Of a DNA stretch of 64,000 bases, positions 1-8,800 are shown piece after piece. The position numbers and the translations under genes were made by a program. The notes beneath the pieces are model-generated. The model saw only the letters and a program-made list of their open reading frames with translations. It was not told the DNA's origin and did no database searches. Location of the stretch: positions 662 to 64,661 of the forward strand of contig DATBCW010000144.1 of assembly GCA_036270255.1 (NCBI GenBank), in the 5' to 3' direction. Numbering within the stretch: position 1 is the stretch's first letter; every line of letters starts with the position of its first letter. The stretch comes from Chthoniobacterales bacterium. GTDB taxonomy: Bacteria > Verrucomicrobiota > Verrucomicrobiia > Chthoniobacterales > UBA10450.

Positions 1-442
1 GCACGGCCGAATTCGCAACGGATGGCGCTGGGCTGACGCTCACGCCAGGAGCCGGGGTCGCAGAACCGGCCGGAGTGCCGCTGGGCGTAGTCGAACTCGC
101 CGGCGCTGGCGAAACAGATATTCCGGGGACCGGCGTCGCCGAAACCACAGGCGCTGGCGTTGCCCCTTTCGTCAGTTCGCGACTTAAATTGCTAGAGGGA
201 GTGTTTTTATGCGCGTAGAGGATCGAAAGGATAAAGGTGAGGAGGAAGAAAATCGCGGCCAGCCAGCCGGTGACCTTGGTGAGGACGTTGGTCGTCTGAG
301 CGCCGAAAATATTCTCAGTCACGCCGCCGCCGAAAGCTGCGCCGAGGCCTTCGCTTTTCGGGCGTTGCATCAGGATGACGAGCATCATGAGCAAAGCGTC
401 AAAGACGTAAACGCCGATGAGAATGTTGGTCAGCAGGTCCAT
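1..442 (-). CDS. secG: Preprotein translocase subunit SecG, 3' end runs off the left edge; long Pro/Ala/Ser/Thr-rich C-terminal tail
   Basis: Absent from the ORF track (no stop inside window). Reverse-strand ATG at 442-440, then MDLLTNILIGVYVFDALLMMLVILMQRPKSEGLGAAFGGGVTENIFGAQTTNVLTKVTGWLAAIFFLLTFILSILY (two TM helices with the Gly-rich loop typical of SecG). The frame stays open to position 1 as a tail containing GISVSPAPAS / GVSVSPAPS. Confidence 0.75.
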   Translation of the reverse strand, partial: MDLLTNILIGVYVFDALLMMLVILMQRPKSEGLGAAFGGGVTENIFGAQTTNVLTKVTGWLAAIFFLLTFILSILYAHKNTPSSNLSRELTKGATPAPVVSATPVPGISVSPAPASSTTPSGTPAGSATPAPGVSVSPAPSVANSAV

Positions 443-495
443 TTGGGACGGGCAATATCCCTAAACAAGAGTCAGAAGCAAACGCGGACAGGGAC

Positions 496-612
496 GAAGA
501 AAACGCCAAACGCCGAACGTCCAACGCCCAATGTCGAAGTCAGATCCGCCCCTGAAACAAGATTCGGGGTTCGAGATTGGGCGTTCAGCGTTGGGCGTTC
601 GGCGTTTTCTTC
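496..612. repeat. Imperfect palindrome with about 43-nt arms built of AACGCC-type short units (hairpin family D, copy 1)
   Basis: Left arm gaagaaaacgccaaacgccgaacgtccaacgcccaatgtcgaa. The right arm is its near reverse complement ttcgagattgggcgttcagcgttgggcgttcggcgttttcttc. The right arm contains the mazG stop codon (585-587). Confidence 0.7.
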
Positions 613-1391
613 AATGAATTCCAAATTTCATCCAGCTCTTCGAGGTTCGCGTCTCCCAGGCGTTTGCCCTGGCTCCGAAGCTCGTCTTCGACCCGATTAA
701 ACCGCGTCACGAATTTTTCCGTCGCGCTTTGCAGCGTCTCCTCCGCATCGAGGCCGGTCTTGCGCGCGAGATTCACGACGGCAAACAATAGGTCGCCTAT
801 CTCATCCGCAATTTCGGCTGAATCGCCGCCTGCGATCGCTTCTTTCGACTCGCTCAGTTCTTCATCCACCTTCGCGACGACGTCGGACAATTGCGTCCAA
901 TCGAAATTGACCCGCGCCGCTTTCTTCTGCGCTTTCTGGGCCCGCATCAGGGCGGGCAACGCGGCCGGCAGTCCGGCGAGATAATGTCCGCCGCCGCCCC
1001 CTTTTTTTTCCTCGTGCTTGATCGCTTCCCACTGTTTGAGCACGCCTTCGGCATCGTTGACTTCGCTCTTCGCAAAAACGTGCGGATGGCGCCGAATCAA
1101 TTTCGCCGTCACCTCGTCCAGGACTGCTTCGATGCTAAAGCGGCGAGTCTCGTTGGCGATCTCCGCGTGCATCACGGCCAGCAAAATGACGTCGCCCAGT
1201 TCTTCCCGGAGATTAGCGTCGTCTTTCGCGCGGATCGCGCCGGCTGCTTCGTATGCTTCTTCAATCAGCGGCGGCAGAAGCGATTCGTTCGTCTGTTCGC
1301 GGTCCCACGGACAGCCGCCGGGGGCGCGGAGTTGCGCCACGATTTCGCAGAGCTTCGCGAAACTCGCCGTTGCTCGCTTTAAATCTTCCAC
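585..1391 (-). CDS. mazG: Nucleoside triphosphate pyrophosphohydrolase MazG (tandem MazG domains)
   Basis: Motifs APGGCPWDREQT, EEAYE, ELGDVILLAVMHA, RHPHVF; second domain EELSES...EIGDLLFAVVNLAR. The track ORF starts at 1595, but its first 68 aa overlap the upstream gene and look like junk. GTG at 1391 (VEDLKRAT...) gives a typical length of about 268 aa. Confidence 0.85.
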   Translation of the reverse strand: MEDLKRATASFAKLCEIVAQLRAPGGCPWDREQTNESLLPPLIEEAYEAAGAIRAKDDANLREELGDVILLAVMHAEIANETRRFSIEAVLDEVTAKLIRRHPHVFAKSEVNDAEGVLKQWEAIKHEEKKGGGGGHYLAGLPAALPALMRAQKAQKKAARVNFDWTQLSDVVAKVDEELSESKEAIAGGDSAEIADEIGDLLFAVVNLARKTGLDAEETLQSATEKFVTRFNRVEDELRSQGKRLGDANLEELDEIWNSLKKTPNAQR

Positions 1392-2149
1392 AGCGACCGG
1401 TGAGTCCGAAATTCCGATACTTCGCCGGTCGTCTTTTTGCCGACGTAAATGGTGATCCCGATGACGCTGACCAGCGTGCCGACGAAGATGAAGGCCACCA
1501 GCCACGACGGGATATGGCCCACCCGCAACGCTCGATAAAACGCCGGGACGCCGTCCAAAGTCATCGAGGCGTGCAGAAAAATCTTCGTCACCCACGCCAC
1601 CATGATGAGGATGAAAATGAAAACGTAATTCCGTTTCAGCCGCCGGCCGACCGCCTCGAGCCGCGAAATTTTGAACGACGGCAGAATCAAATCCTCACAG
1701 ACCAGCTTCTTCCATTCGCCCTGAAGGAGCTCGCGATTTTCCATCACCATCGGGACGAGGAAATGCGCTTCGAGCATGCGGACGCGGGCGCGGAAAGCGT
1801 CGTAGAAACGGTAACGCCTGGCTTCGATCCAAAGCATAACCCAGACGATGGCGAGGTTGAAAAAGAAAATGATGTGGGGGACATCGCGATTCGAAAACGC
1901 GATCGTAATAATCGCCGTGCTGCTGGTGATGGCCCAGTTCGTCGTGATGTCGAGGCGCTGCCGCCAAATCATGATGCGGCTCAGCTCGCCGCGATAGAAA
2001 TGCGACATCGCGTTGACATAGCCAGGATCGTAAATGCTTTTTTGCCACGAGATCGTCGCTTCGTCCGACGTGCCACCGGGATTGTTTTGGGTTGCCACGA
2101 GCCTGAATAATTCGATAACTCGGATTGCCTCGTCAATCCAATCAAACAC
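1379..2149 (-). CDS. Integral membrane protein, DUF2270-like
   Basis: GTG start. YRGELSRIMIWRQRLDITTNWAITSS block followed by several hydrophobic helices. Family assignment is from memory of DUF2270-type sequences. Overlaps mazG start by 13 nt. Confidence 0.5.
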   Translation of the reverse strand: MFDWIDEAIRVIELFRLVATQNNPGGTSDEATISWQKSIYDPGYVNAMSHFYRGELSRIMIWRQRLDITTNWAITSSTAIITIAFSNRDVPHIIFFFNLAIVWVMLWIEARRYRFYDAFRARVRMLEAHFLVPMVMENRELLQGEWKKLVCEDLILPSFKISRLEAVGRRLKRNYVFIFILIMVAWVTKIFLHASMTLDGVPAFYRALRVGHIPSWLVAFIFVGTLVSVIGITIYVGKKTTGEVSEFRTHRSLWKI

Positions 2150-2161
2150 TCAGCGTCGTTC

Positions 2162-2629
2162 ATGGCCGCGCGCCTTTCTGAAATTCTCGATCCGAAACTG
2201 GTGGTGCTCGAATTGCGCGAGCAAACCGCCGCCGAGGCGATCCTCGAAATCGTGGAACGCCTGCGCGACCACGGGCTCGTTGAGGATTTCTACAAATTGG
2301 CGGACGCCGTCATGGAGCGCGAAGGCCGGACCTCGACGAACACAGGTGAAGGCGTCGCCTTTCCCCATGCCCGGACGGAGTTGGTCGATCGGCTGGTCCT
2401 GGGAATTGGGCGGAGCAAAGCGGGAATTCCGTTCGGTTATTCCAGCGAACTGGTGCACCTGATTTTTCTCGTCGGCGTGCCGCAACGGATGGTGACCGAT
2501 TACCTCGTTTGCGTTGGAGGGTTGGCGCGAGTGGTCAGAGACAAGGCGCGGCGTGATGCTTTGATGGCGGCGGCGACGGATGAGGAATTCGTCGGGCTCC
2601 TGCGGGAAGGCTCATTGGCGGTGGAATGA
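2162..2629 (+). CDS. ptsN: PTS EIIA(Ntr)-type nitrogen regulatory protein
   Basis: 155 aa, ...STNTGEGVAFPHART... phosphorylatable His context of the PTS_EIIA_2 fold. Size and layout are typical of PtsN. Confidence 0.7.
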   Translation: MAARLSEILDPKLVVLELREQTAAEAILEIVERLRDHGLVEDFYKLADAVMEREGRTSTNTGEGVAFPHARTELVDRLVLGIGRSKAGIPFGYSSELVHLIFLVGVPQRMVTDYLVCVGGLARVVRDKARRDALMAAATDEEFVGLLREGSLAVE

Positions 2630-2635
2630 CCGAGC

Positions 2636-2792
2636 GTCATCCCGAGCCGCGAAGACGGCGAGGGACCTCTCAGTTGCAAAATCGGCTAGCGCCAAACATT
2701 TCGTAAATAACGACGGCGTGCGCGTTTTGTTGCGCGCAAGCGGATGAGCGCTCGAGAGGTCCTTCGGCGCGCTTCGCCAGCCTCAGGATGAC
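2636..2792. repeat. REP/MITE-like element family A, copy 1 (GTCATCCCGAG...CTCAGGATGAC)
   Basis: About 37-nt imperfect terminal inverted repeats gtcatcccgagccgcgaagacggcgagggacctctc / gagaggtccttcggcgcgcttcgccagcctcaggatgac. Lies between convergent ptsN and the rhomboid gene. Confidence 0.85.
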
Positions 2793-2814
2793 CACGTTGT
2801 TTGGCGTGACGGGT

Positions 2815-3672
2815 TTACTGCGGCTCTTTTAAGAGACGATTCCGAGCCCGATCGAGCGCCTTCCGTTCGGACGCAGTCAGACTGTTGATTCCATGCTTTG
2901 AGATCTTCTCGAGCACCGGGTCGATGGACTCGTGAATATTTTCCGGCTCCACGCTGCTCCGGCGCGACGCCTCCCGCTGGACGATGTGGAATTTCGGCTT
3001 CGGCCGGAGGCGTGCCTTGAAATCACTCCACCATTCCAATTCCGGTCCCGCGCCGCGGAGGCGAACAAAACCGACCGCGGTGATTACCGTTGTCCACAAA
3101 ACGATCAGGTCAGCCCAATTGTGATTGGCCAGGTCGGCCAGGGTTACGATCGCGATAAGAATGAGCGCGATCCATTTCATCTGGATGCGCAACAGCATTT
3201 CCACGTTGGGATAGAGGGTCGCGAACGCGATGAAGATGCCGAGGTGAAGCGTGGCCGAGCCGGCGATGCCGACGCGGGTCCACAAGCCGACCGCGGTCAG
3301 GAACAGCGTCGGCACGCAGAGGAGGAGCAGATAAAAAAGCATGAAAGCGCGCCGGCCGAAATAGCGTTCCACTTCACGGCCGAACGCAAAAAGCATGTAC
3401 ATCTCGACCGCAAACCAAAGCAGCGCGCCGGCCGAATAAGGCAGATGAACAAACGCGTAGGTCGCGATTTGCCAGACCCGGCCTAACGACAAGACCTGGG
3501 CGCTATCGAAAATCATCGCGCCCAAAAACCCGGCGGCGCCGAGCGCGGAAAGGAAGCAAACGACCACCATCAGGAAGACATGGAGCGCGACGAGCAGCGT
3601 CGTGACGTGGACCGGGTGGCGGCCTACCCAGGTCACCGGCTGGTAGTCATCCGAGGTGGTGACTCCGAACAT
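2815..3672 (-). CDS. Rhomboid-family intramembrane protease-like protein with soluble C-terminal tail
   Basis: VWQIATYAFVH motif, GIAGSATLHLG (GxSxxxxG-like) and multiple TM helices. Start moved to ATG 3672 (MFGVTTSDDY), since upstream residues overlap the divergent promoter region. Catalytic His assignment is uncertain. Confidence 0.55.
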   Translation of the reverse strand: MFGVTTSDDYQPVTWVGRHPVHVTTLLVALHVFLMVVVCFLSALGAAGFLGAMIFDSAQVLSLGRVWQIATYAFVHLPYSAGALLWFAVEMYMLFAFGREVERYFGRRAFMLFYLLLLCVPTLFLTAVGLWTRVGIAGSATLHLGIFIAFATLYPNVEMLLRIQMKWIALILIAIVTLADLANHNWADLIVLWTTVITAVGFVRLRGAGPELEWWSDFKARLRPKPKFHIVQREASRRSSVEPENIHESIDPVLEKISKHGINSLTASERKALDRARNRLLKEPQ

Positions 3673-3804
3673 GGGGCAATTAACTGCGCGCGCCCATGGC
3701 GTGCAAGCGGCGTTGGGGGTTTGCGGCCCCCGCGAAAATTTGCTTGGACAAGCGTCCGAAGCGGCGAAAATGACAATCCGCTCCACGCCTTTCGCGAACG
3801 TTCC

Positions 3805-5613
3805 ATGGATAATCTAGCGCCTGCCATCTCGCCGCCCGCCGGAATCGGCGATGCCCAGCCCACGAACCGGGCCGTGCTCGATTGGGTCCAGGACGTGGCG
3901 AAGCTGACCGAGCCCGAAAACATTTTCTGGTGCGACGGTTCAGAGAAAGAAAACGCATGGCTCCTGGAACAGGCGCAGCGGCTCGGCGTGGTCTTGAAGT
4001 TGAACGAGGAAAAAAAGCCGGCGTCGTATTTGCACCGGTCGAATCCGAACGACGTGGCGCGGGTCGAGCAGTTCACGTTGATCTGCACCCCGACGAAAGA
4101 AGAAGCGGGCCCGACGAATCATTGGGCCGCGCCCGACGAGACTTACTCGAAGCTGCACGGGATGCTGCGCGGCGCGATGCGGGGACGAACGATGTTCGTC
4201 ATTCCCTACATCATGGGTCCGCCGGATTCGAAGCTGACGAAAGTCGGATTCGAGATCACCGATTCCATCTACGTCGTGCTTAGCATGCGGATCATGACGC
4301 GGATGGGAAGCATCGCGGTAAAGCGGCTCGGTGACGATCCGAAGGGCGAATGGAATCGCGGAGTGCATTCGCTCCTCGATGTGAATCCCGAGCGCCGCTG
4401 GATCTGCCATTTTCCACAGGACAACGCGATCATCTCGGTCGGCTCCGGCTACGGCGGCAACGTCCTGTTGAGCAAGAAATGCCTGGCCCTTCGAATCGGT
4501 TCCTACCTGGCGCGGAAACAAGGATGGCTTGCCGAGCACATGCTGATTCTCGGCGTCGAAGCGCCGGACGGCCGGAAACATTACGTTGCGGCCGCGTTCC
4601 CGAGCGCCTGCGGCAAAACAAATTTCGCGATGCTGATTCCGCCGGCGCATTTCAAAGGCTGGAAGGTCACGACGATCGGCGACGACATCGCCTGGATGCA
4701 GATCGGGAAAGACGGCCGGCTTTACGCGGTGAATCCGGAGAACGGCTATTTCGGCGTCGTGCCTGGGACGAGTTACAAATCGAATCCGAACGCGATGAAA
4801 TCGATCGAGCACGACACGTTATTTACGAACGTCGCCTTGACCGACGACGGTGATGTTTGGTGGGAAGGCAAGGATGGCGCGCCGCCTTCGCACGTGATCG
4901 ATTGGAAGGGGAACGATTGGTCGCCGGATTCGAAGGAAAAAGCGGCGCATCCGAACAGCCGGTTCGCCGTGCCAATGCGCAACAATCCGGTGCTCGATCC
5001 CGACGTCGAGAAAGGCGAGGGCGTTCCGATTAGCGCCATCATTTTCGGCGGGCGCCGAAGCGACACCATGCCGCTCATCTTTCAGGCGCGCGATTGGGTC
5101 CACGGCGTTTATGTCGGCGCCACCATGGCGTCGGAGACTACTGCGGCTGCGACCGGTGCGGTCGGCCAGGTCCGGCGCGATCCGATGGCGATGCTCCCAT
5201 TTTGCGGATACAGCATGGGAAATTATTTCCGGCACTGGCTCGAGATTGGTCCGCGCCTGAAAAATCCACCGCTAATTTTCCACGTGAACTGGTTCCGCAA
5301 AGGCGCGGACGGAAAATTCTTGTGGCCGGGGTTTGGTGAAAACATGCGCGCATTGAAATGGATCATCGACCGCTGTGAGGGCCACGGCGGCGGCGCGGAA
5401 ACGGAAATCGGCACTATCCCGCGTCCGGACGATTTCGATCTTGCGGAAATCGACATCACGCGCGAGACGATGCGTGAACTATTCTCAATCAAACCCGACG
5501 AGTGGAAGAAGGAACTCGAAGGCCAGGTTGAGTTCTTCAAGACGCTCGAGCCCGACATGCCCGAACGGTTGCTGGCCGAGCGGGACAAAGTGGCGAAGCG
5601 TTTCGCCAGTTAA
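3805..5613 (+). CDS. pckG: Phosphoenolpyruvate carboxykinase (GTP)
   Basis: IFWCDGSEKE, GPTNHWAAPDE, RGRTMFVIPYIMGP, FPSACGKTN (kinase-1a), WKVTTIGDDIAWM, NWFRKGADGKFLWPGFGENMR. ATG 3805 chosen (MDNLAPAI), in frame with track ORF 3580..5613. Confidence 0.92.
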   Translation: MDNLAPAISPPAGIGDAQPTNRAVLDWVQDVAKLTEPENIFWCDGSEKENAWLLEQAQRLGVVLKLNEEKKPASYLHRSNPNDVARVEQFTLICTPTKEEAGPTNHWAAPDETYSKLHGMLRGAMRGRTMFVIPYIMGPPDSKLTKVGFEITDSIYVVLSMRIMTRMGSIAVKRLGDDPKGEWNRGVHSLLDVNPERRWICHFPQDNAIISVGSGYGGNVLLSKKCLALRIGSYLARKQGWLAEHMLILGVEAPDGRKHYVAAAFPSACGKTNFAMLIPPAHFKGWKVTTIGDDIAWMQIGKDGRLYAVNPENGYFGVVPGTSYKSNPNAMKSIEHDTLFTNVALTDDGDVWWEGKDGAPPSHVIDWKGNDWSPDSKEKAAHPNSRFAVPMRNNPVLDPDVEKGEGVPISAIIFGGRRSDTMPLIFQARDWVHGVYVGATMASETTAAATGAVGQVRRDPMAMLPFCGYSMGNYFRHWLEIGPRLKNPPLIFHVNWFRKGADGKFLWPGFGENMRALKWIIDRCEGHGGGAETEIGTIPRPDDFDLAEIDITRETMRELFSIKPDEWKKELEGQVEFFKTLEPDMPERLLAERDKVAKRFAS

Positions 5614-5618
5614 CGCTT

Positions 5619-5777
5619 GTCATCCCGAGGCTGGCGCAGCGCGCCGAGGGATCTCTCAAGCGGGAATTCGCTTCCGCGCGGCATTCAGCGTCATCGGCGC
5701 GATTGGCGTAAATTTTCGCGGAAGCGGAATACACGACTGTGAGGTCCCTCGGCGTGCTACGCCAGCCTCGGGATGAC
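5619..5777. repeat. REP/MITE-like element family A, copy 2
   Basis: gtcatcccgaggctggcgcagcgcgccgagggatctctc ... gtgaggtccctcggcgtgctacgccagcctcgggatgac. Arms are complementary with 3-4 mismatches. Starts 6 nt after the pckG stop. Confidence 0.85.
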
Positions 5778-5830
5778 CTGTTTTTCGCTCGAAAATTTGC
5801 GAACGGGTTCCGGCAATCGGATAGTCTCCG

Positions 5831-8800
5831 GTGGGTTCAACGACCGCCGAAAAACCTTGTGTCACCGCGCCGCCTGAGAGCGGGTGCGTCGAGATTCGCG
5901 GCGCCCGCCAGAACAATCTCAAGGGGATCGATCTTGATCTGCCGCTGGGAGAATTGACCGTCATCACGGGTCCGAGCGGGAGCGGCAAATCGAGCCTGGC
6001 CTTCGACACGATCTACGCTGAGGGGCAGCGGCGGTACGTCGAAACGTTTAGTCCCTACATGCGGCAATTCCTCGATCGCATGGATAAACCGCGCGTCGAT
6101 GAGATCCGCGGCATCCCGCCCGCCATCGCGATCGAGCAGGCGAACCCGGTGAAAAGCTCGCGGTCGACCGTCGGCACGATGACCGAGATCAACGATTACC
6201 TGAAGCTGCTCATGCCGCGGATCGCGCGCGCCTTCTGTCCGAATTGTAGCCGCGAAATCCGGCCCGAGACCGCCCGCTCCATCACGGACCACGTCCTCCA
6301 GGAGCTTTCTGACCAGACTGCCCTGATCACGTTCTGGGTTGCCGTTCCACCAAAAACAGAGCCACGCACCTTCTTCGATTTCATTCAGCAACAAGGTTAT
6401 CTCCGCATTTGGATCGACAACGAAATCGTCCGGGTAGATTCCGACAAAAAAATCAAACGCCTCGGCGCCCGCGTCCAGGTCATCCAGGACCGAATCGCGG
6501 TCACGCAAGCGAACCGCACGCGACTCGTTGAAGCGATTGAAACCGCGCTTCGTTTTGGCAAGGACAAGATCAACGTCATCCCGATTCCTCCTTCCGCCTT
6601 CCTCCCTCATCCTTATTCGACCGGCTGGCATTGCGCGCATTGCGACCTAGATATCCGTCCGCCGACGCCCGGGCTTTTCAGTTTTAACAACCCCCTCGGC
6701 GCCTGCCCGGAATGCCGCGGGTTCGGCCGCACGATCGCGATCGATTTAAATAAAGCGATTCCGGACCGCTCGCTTTCCATCTCGCAAGGCGCGGTTCGCG
6801 TTTTCCGCGGCGAAGAAATGGGCGAATCGCAGCGCGACCTGATGCGGGCCTGCGCGCGGAACGAGATCCACGTCCGCGTCCCGTTCGAAGATTTGCCGAA
6901 GGCTGACCAGGATTTCGTGATCAACGGTGAAGCGCGCGATGAAGACACGGACGTCGAGGAGCTGGCCGAGAACGATCGCTGGTACGGCGTCCGCGGATTT
7001 TTCAAGTGGCTCGAGAGCAAGACCTACAAAATGCATGTCCGCGTTTTGCTCAGCCGCTATCGCGCATATACGACGTGTCCGTCATGTAAAGGCGGCCGTT
7101 TCCAGCCCGAGACGCTGAATTATCGAATCGTCTCACCGCCCCCTGTAGCGGCGGTCTATGACCGCCGAAATGGAGAAAAGAACATCGGCGCTGTCGGCGC
7201 TCATAGACTGCCGCTACAGGAGCGCGAAGTGGCGCGAAGCTTACCGGAGATTGCGCTGCTTTCGATTATCGACGCGCGAAATCTTTTCGCCGGCCTGGCC
7301 CTGCCGGCTAACGACTCAACCGCCGAGATGCTTCGAAACGAAGTCGTAGCGCGGCTCCGTTATCTTTGCGAAGTCGGGCTCGGTTATCTCACGCTCGATC
7401 GTTCGACCCGCACCTTAAGCGGCGGCGAAGTGCAACGGGTGAATCTGACGACCTGTCTGGGCGCGTCACTCGTGAACACGCTCTTCGTCATGGACGAACC
7501 GAGCGTAGGCCTGCATCCGCGCGATATCGGCCGGCTCGTCCGCGTGATGCACGACTTGCGGGATAAGGGGAACACGTTGCTCGTCGTCGAGCATGAAGAA
7601 GCGATCATTCGCGCCTCCGACAACATCGTCGACATCGGGCCGGGCCGTGGCGAGTACGGCGGGCAGCTGGTTTTCAACGGCCCGCTGGCAGAATTTGTAG
7701 GGCAGGCGCACCGCCTGCCAAATCGAAAAACGGCAAGCGGTGCGCTTGCCCTACAGGAATCACTTACCCAGGATTATCTCTCCGGTGCGAAGCGCATATC
7801 GATTCCCAAATCGCGCCGAAAATCCTCCAGCTCGATCCGAATCACCGGCGCGAAAGAGCACAATCTTAAAAATCTTGACGTTGAAATTCCGCTCGGAATT
7901 TTCAACTGCGTCACCGGCGTTTCCGGTTCCGGCAAATCCACTTTGATCCACGACGTGCTCTACCGGCATCTAATGCTGGCGAAGGGTCAATCAAACGATC
8001 AGGAACCGGGCGCGTGCAAATCAGTCACGGGCGCCCATCGCGTGGGCGAAGTAGTGATGGTCGATCAAACCCAGCTCGCGCGCACTCCGCGCTCGACGCC
8101 GATTCTCTATCTCGGACTTTACGATCGGGTTCGGGAAATGTTCGCAGCGCAGACGGAAGCGATGGCACAGGGGCTCACCGCGAGCGCGTTCTCGTTCAAC
8201 TCCGGCAGCGGCCGTTGCGAGCGTTGTTGCGGAACCGGCTTCGAGAAGATCGAGATGCAATTCCTGAGCGATCTTTATGTGCGTTGCGCCGAATGCGAAG
8301 GCCGCCGGTTCCAGCCGCACGTTTTGCGAGTGAAAGTCTACGGCAAGTCGATTCACGACGTTCTCGAGCTGACGGTGAGTGAAGCGATCCAGTTTTTCGC
8401 GCAGATCGGCGAATCAAAATCGCTCGGAGACAAGCTCGACGTGCTGGATGAAGTCGGGCTCGGGTATCTACGACTCGGTCAGCCACTCAACACGCTTTCG
8501 GGCGGCGAATCCCAGCGGCTGAAGCTGGTGCGGCACCTGACCGAAATCGGAGACGCGAACGCGGAGAACGGAAAGTTGTTCATCTTCGATGAGCCGACCA
8601 CGGGTCTGCATTTCGACGATGTCGCGATCCTGATGCGGCTTTTTCAGCGGCTGGTCGATGGCGGCAACACGATCGTCGTCATTGAGCATAATTTGGAAGT
8701 CATTAAGTGCGCCGATTGGATCATCGATCTCGGCCCGGAAGCGGGAGAAGACGGCGGACAGTTAGTCGCGGCGGGAACGCCGGAAGCGCTGGCGAAAATT

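Noticed and set aside
209-700. 163-aa plus-strand ORF at the left end
   Set aside because: Its first part is the antisense of the clear secG gene. Its second part is a translated palindromic repeat (KKTPNAERPTPNV), so it is not a gene.
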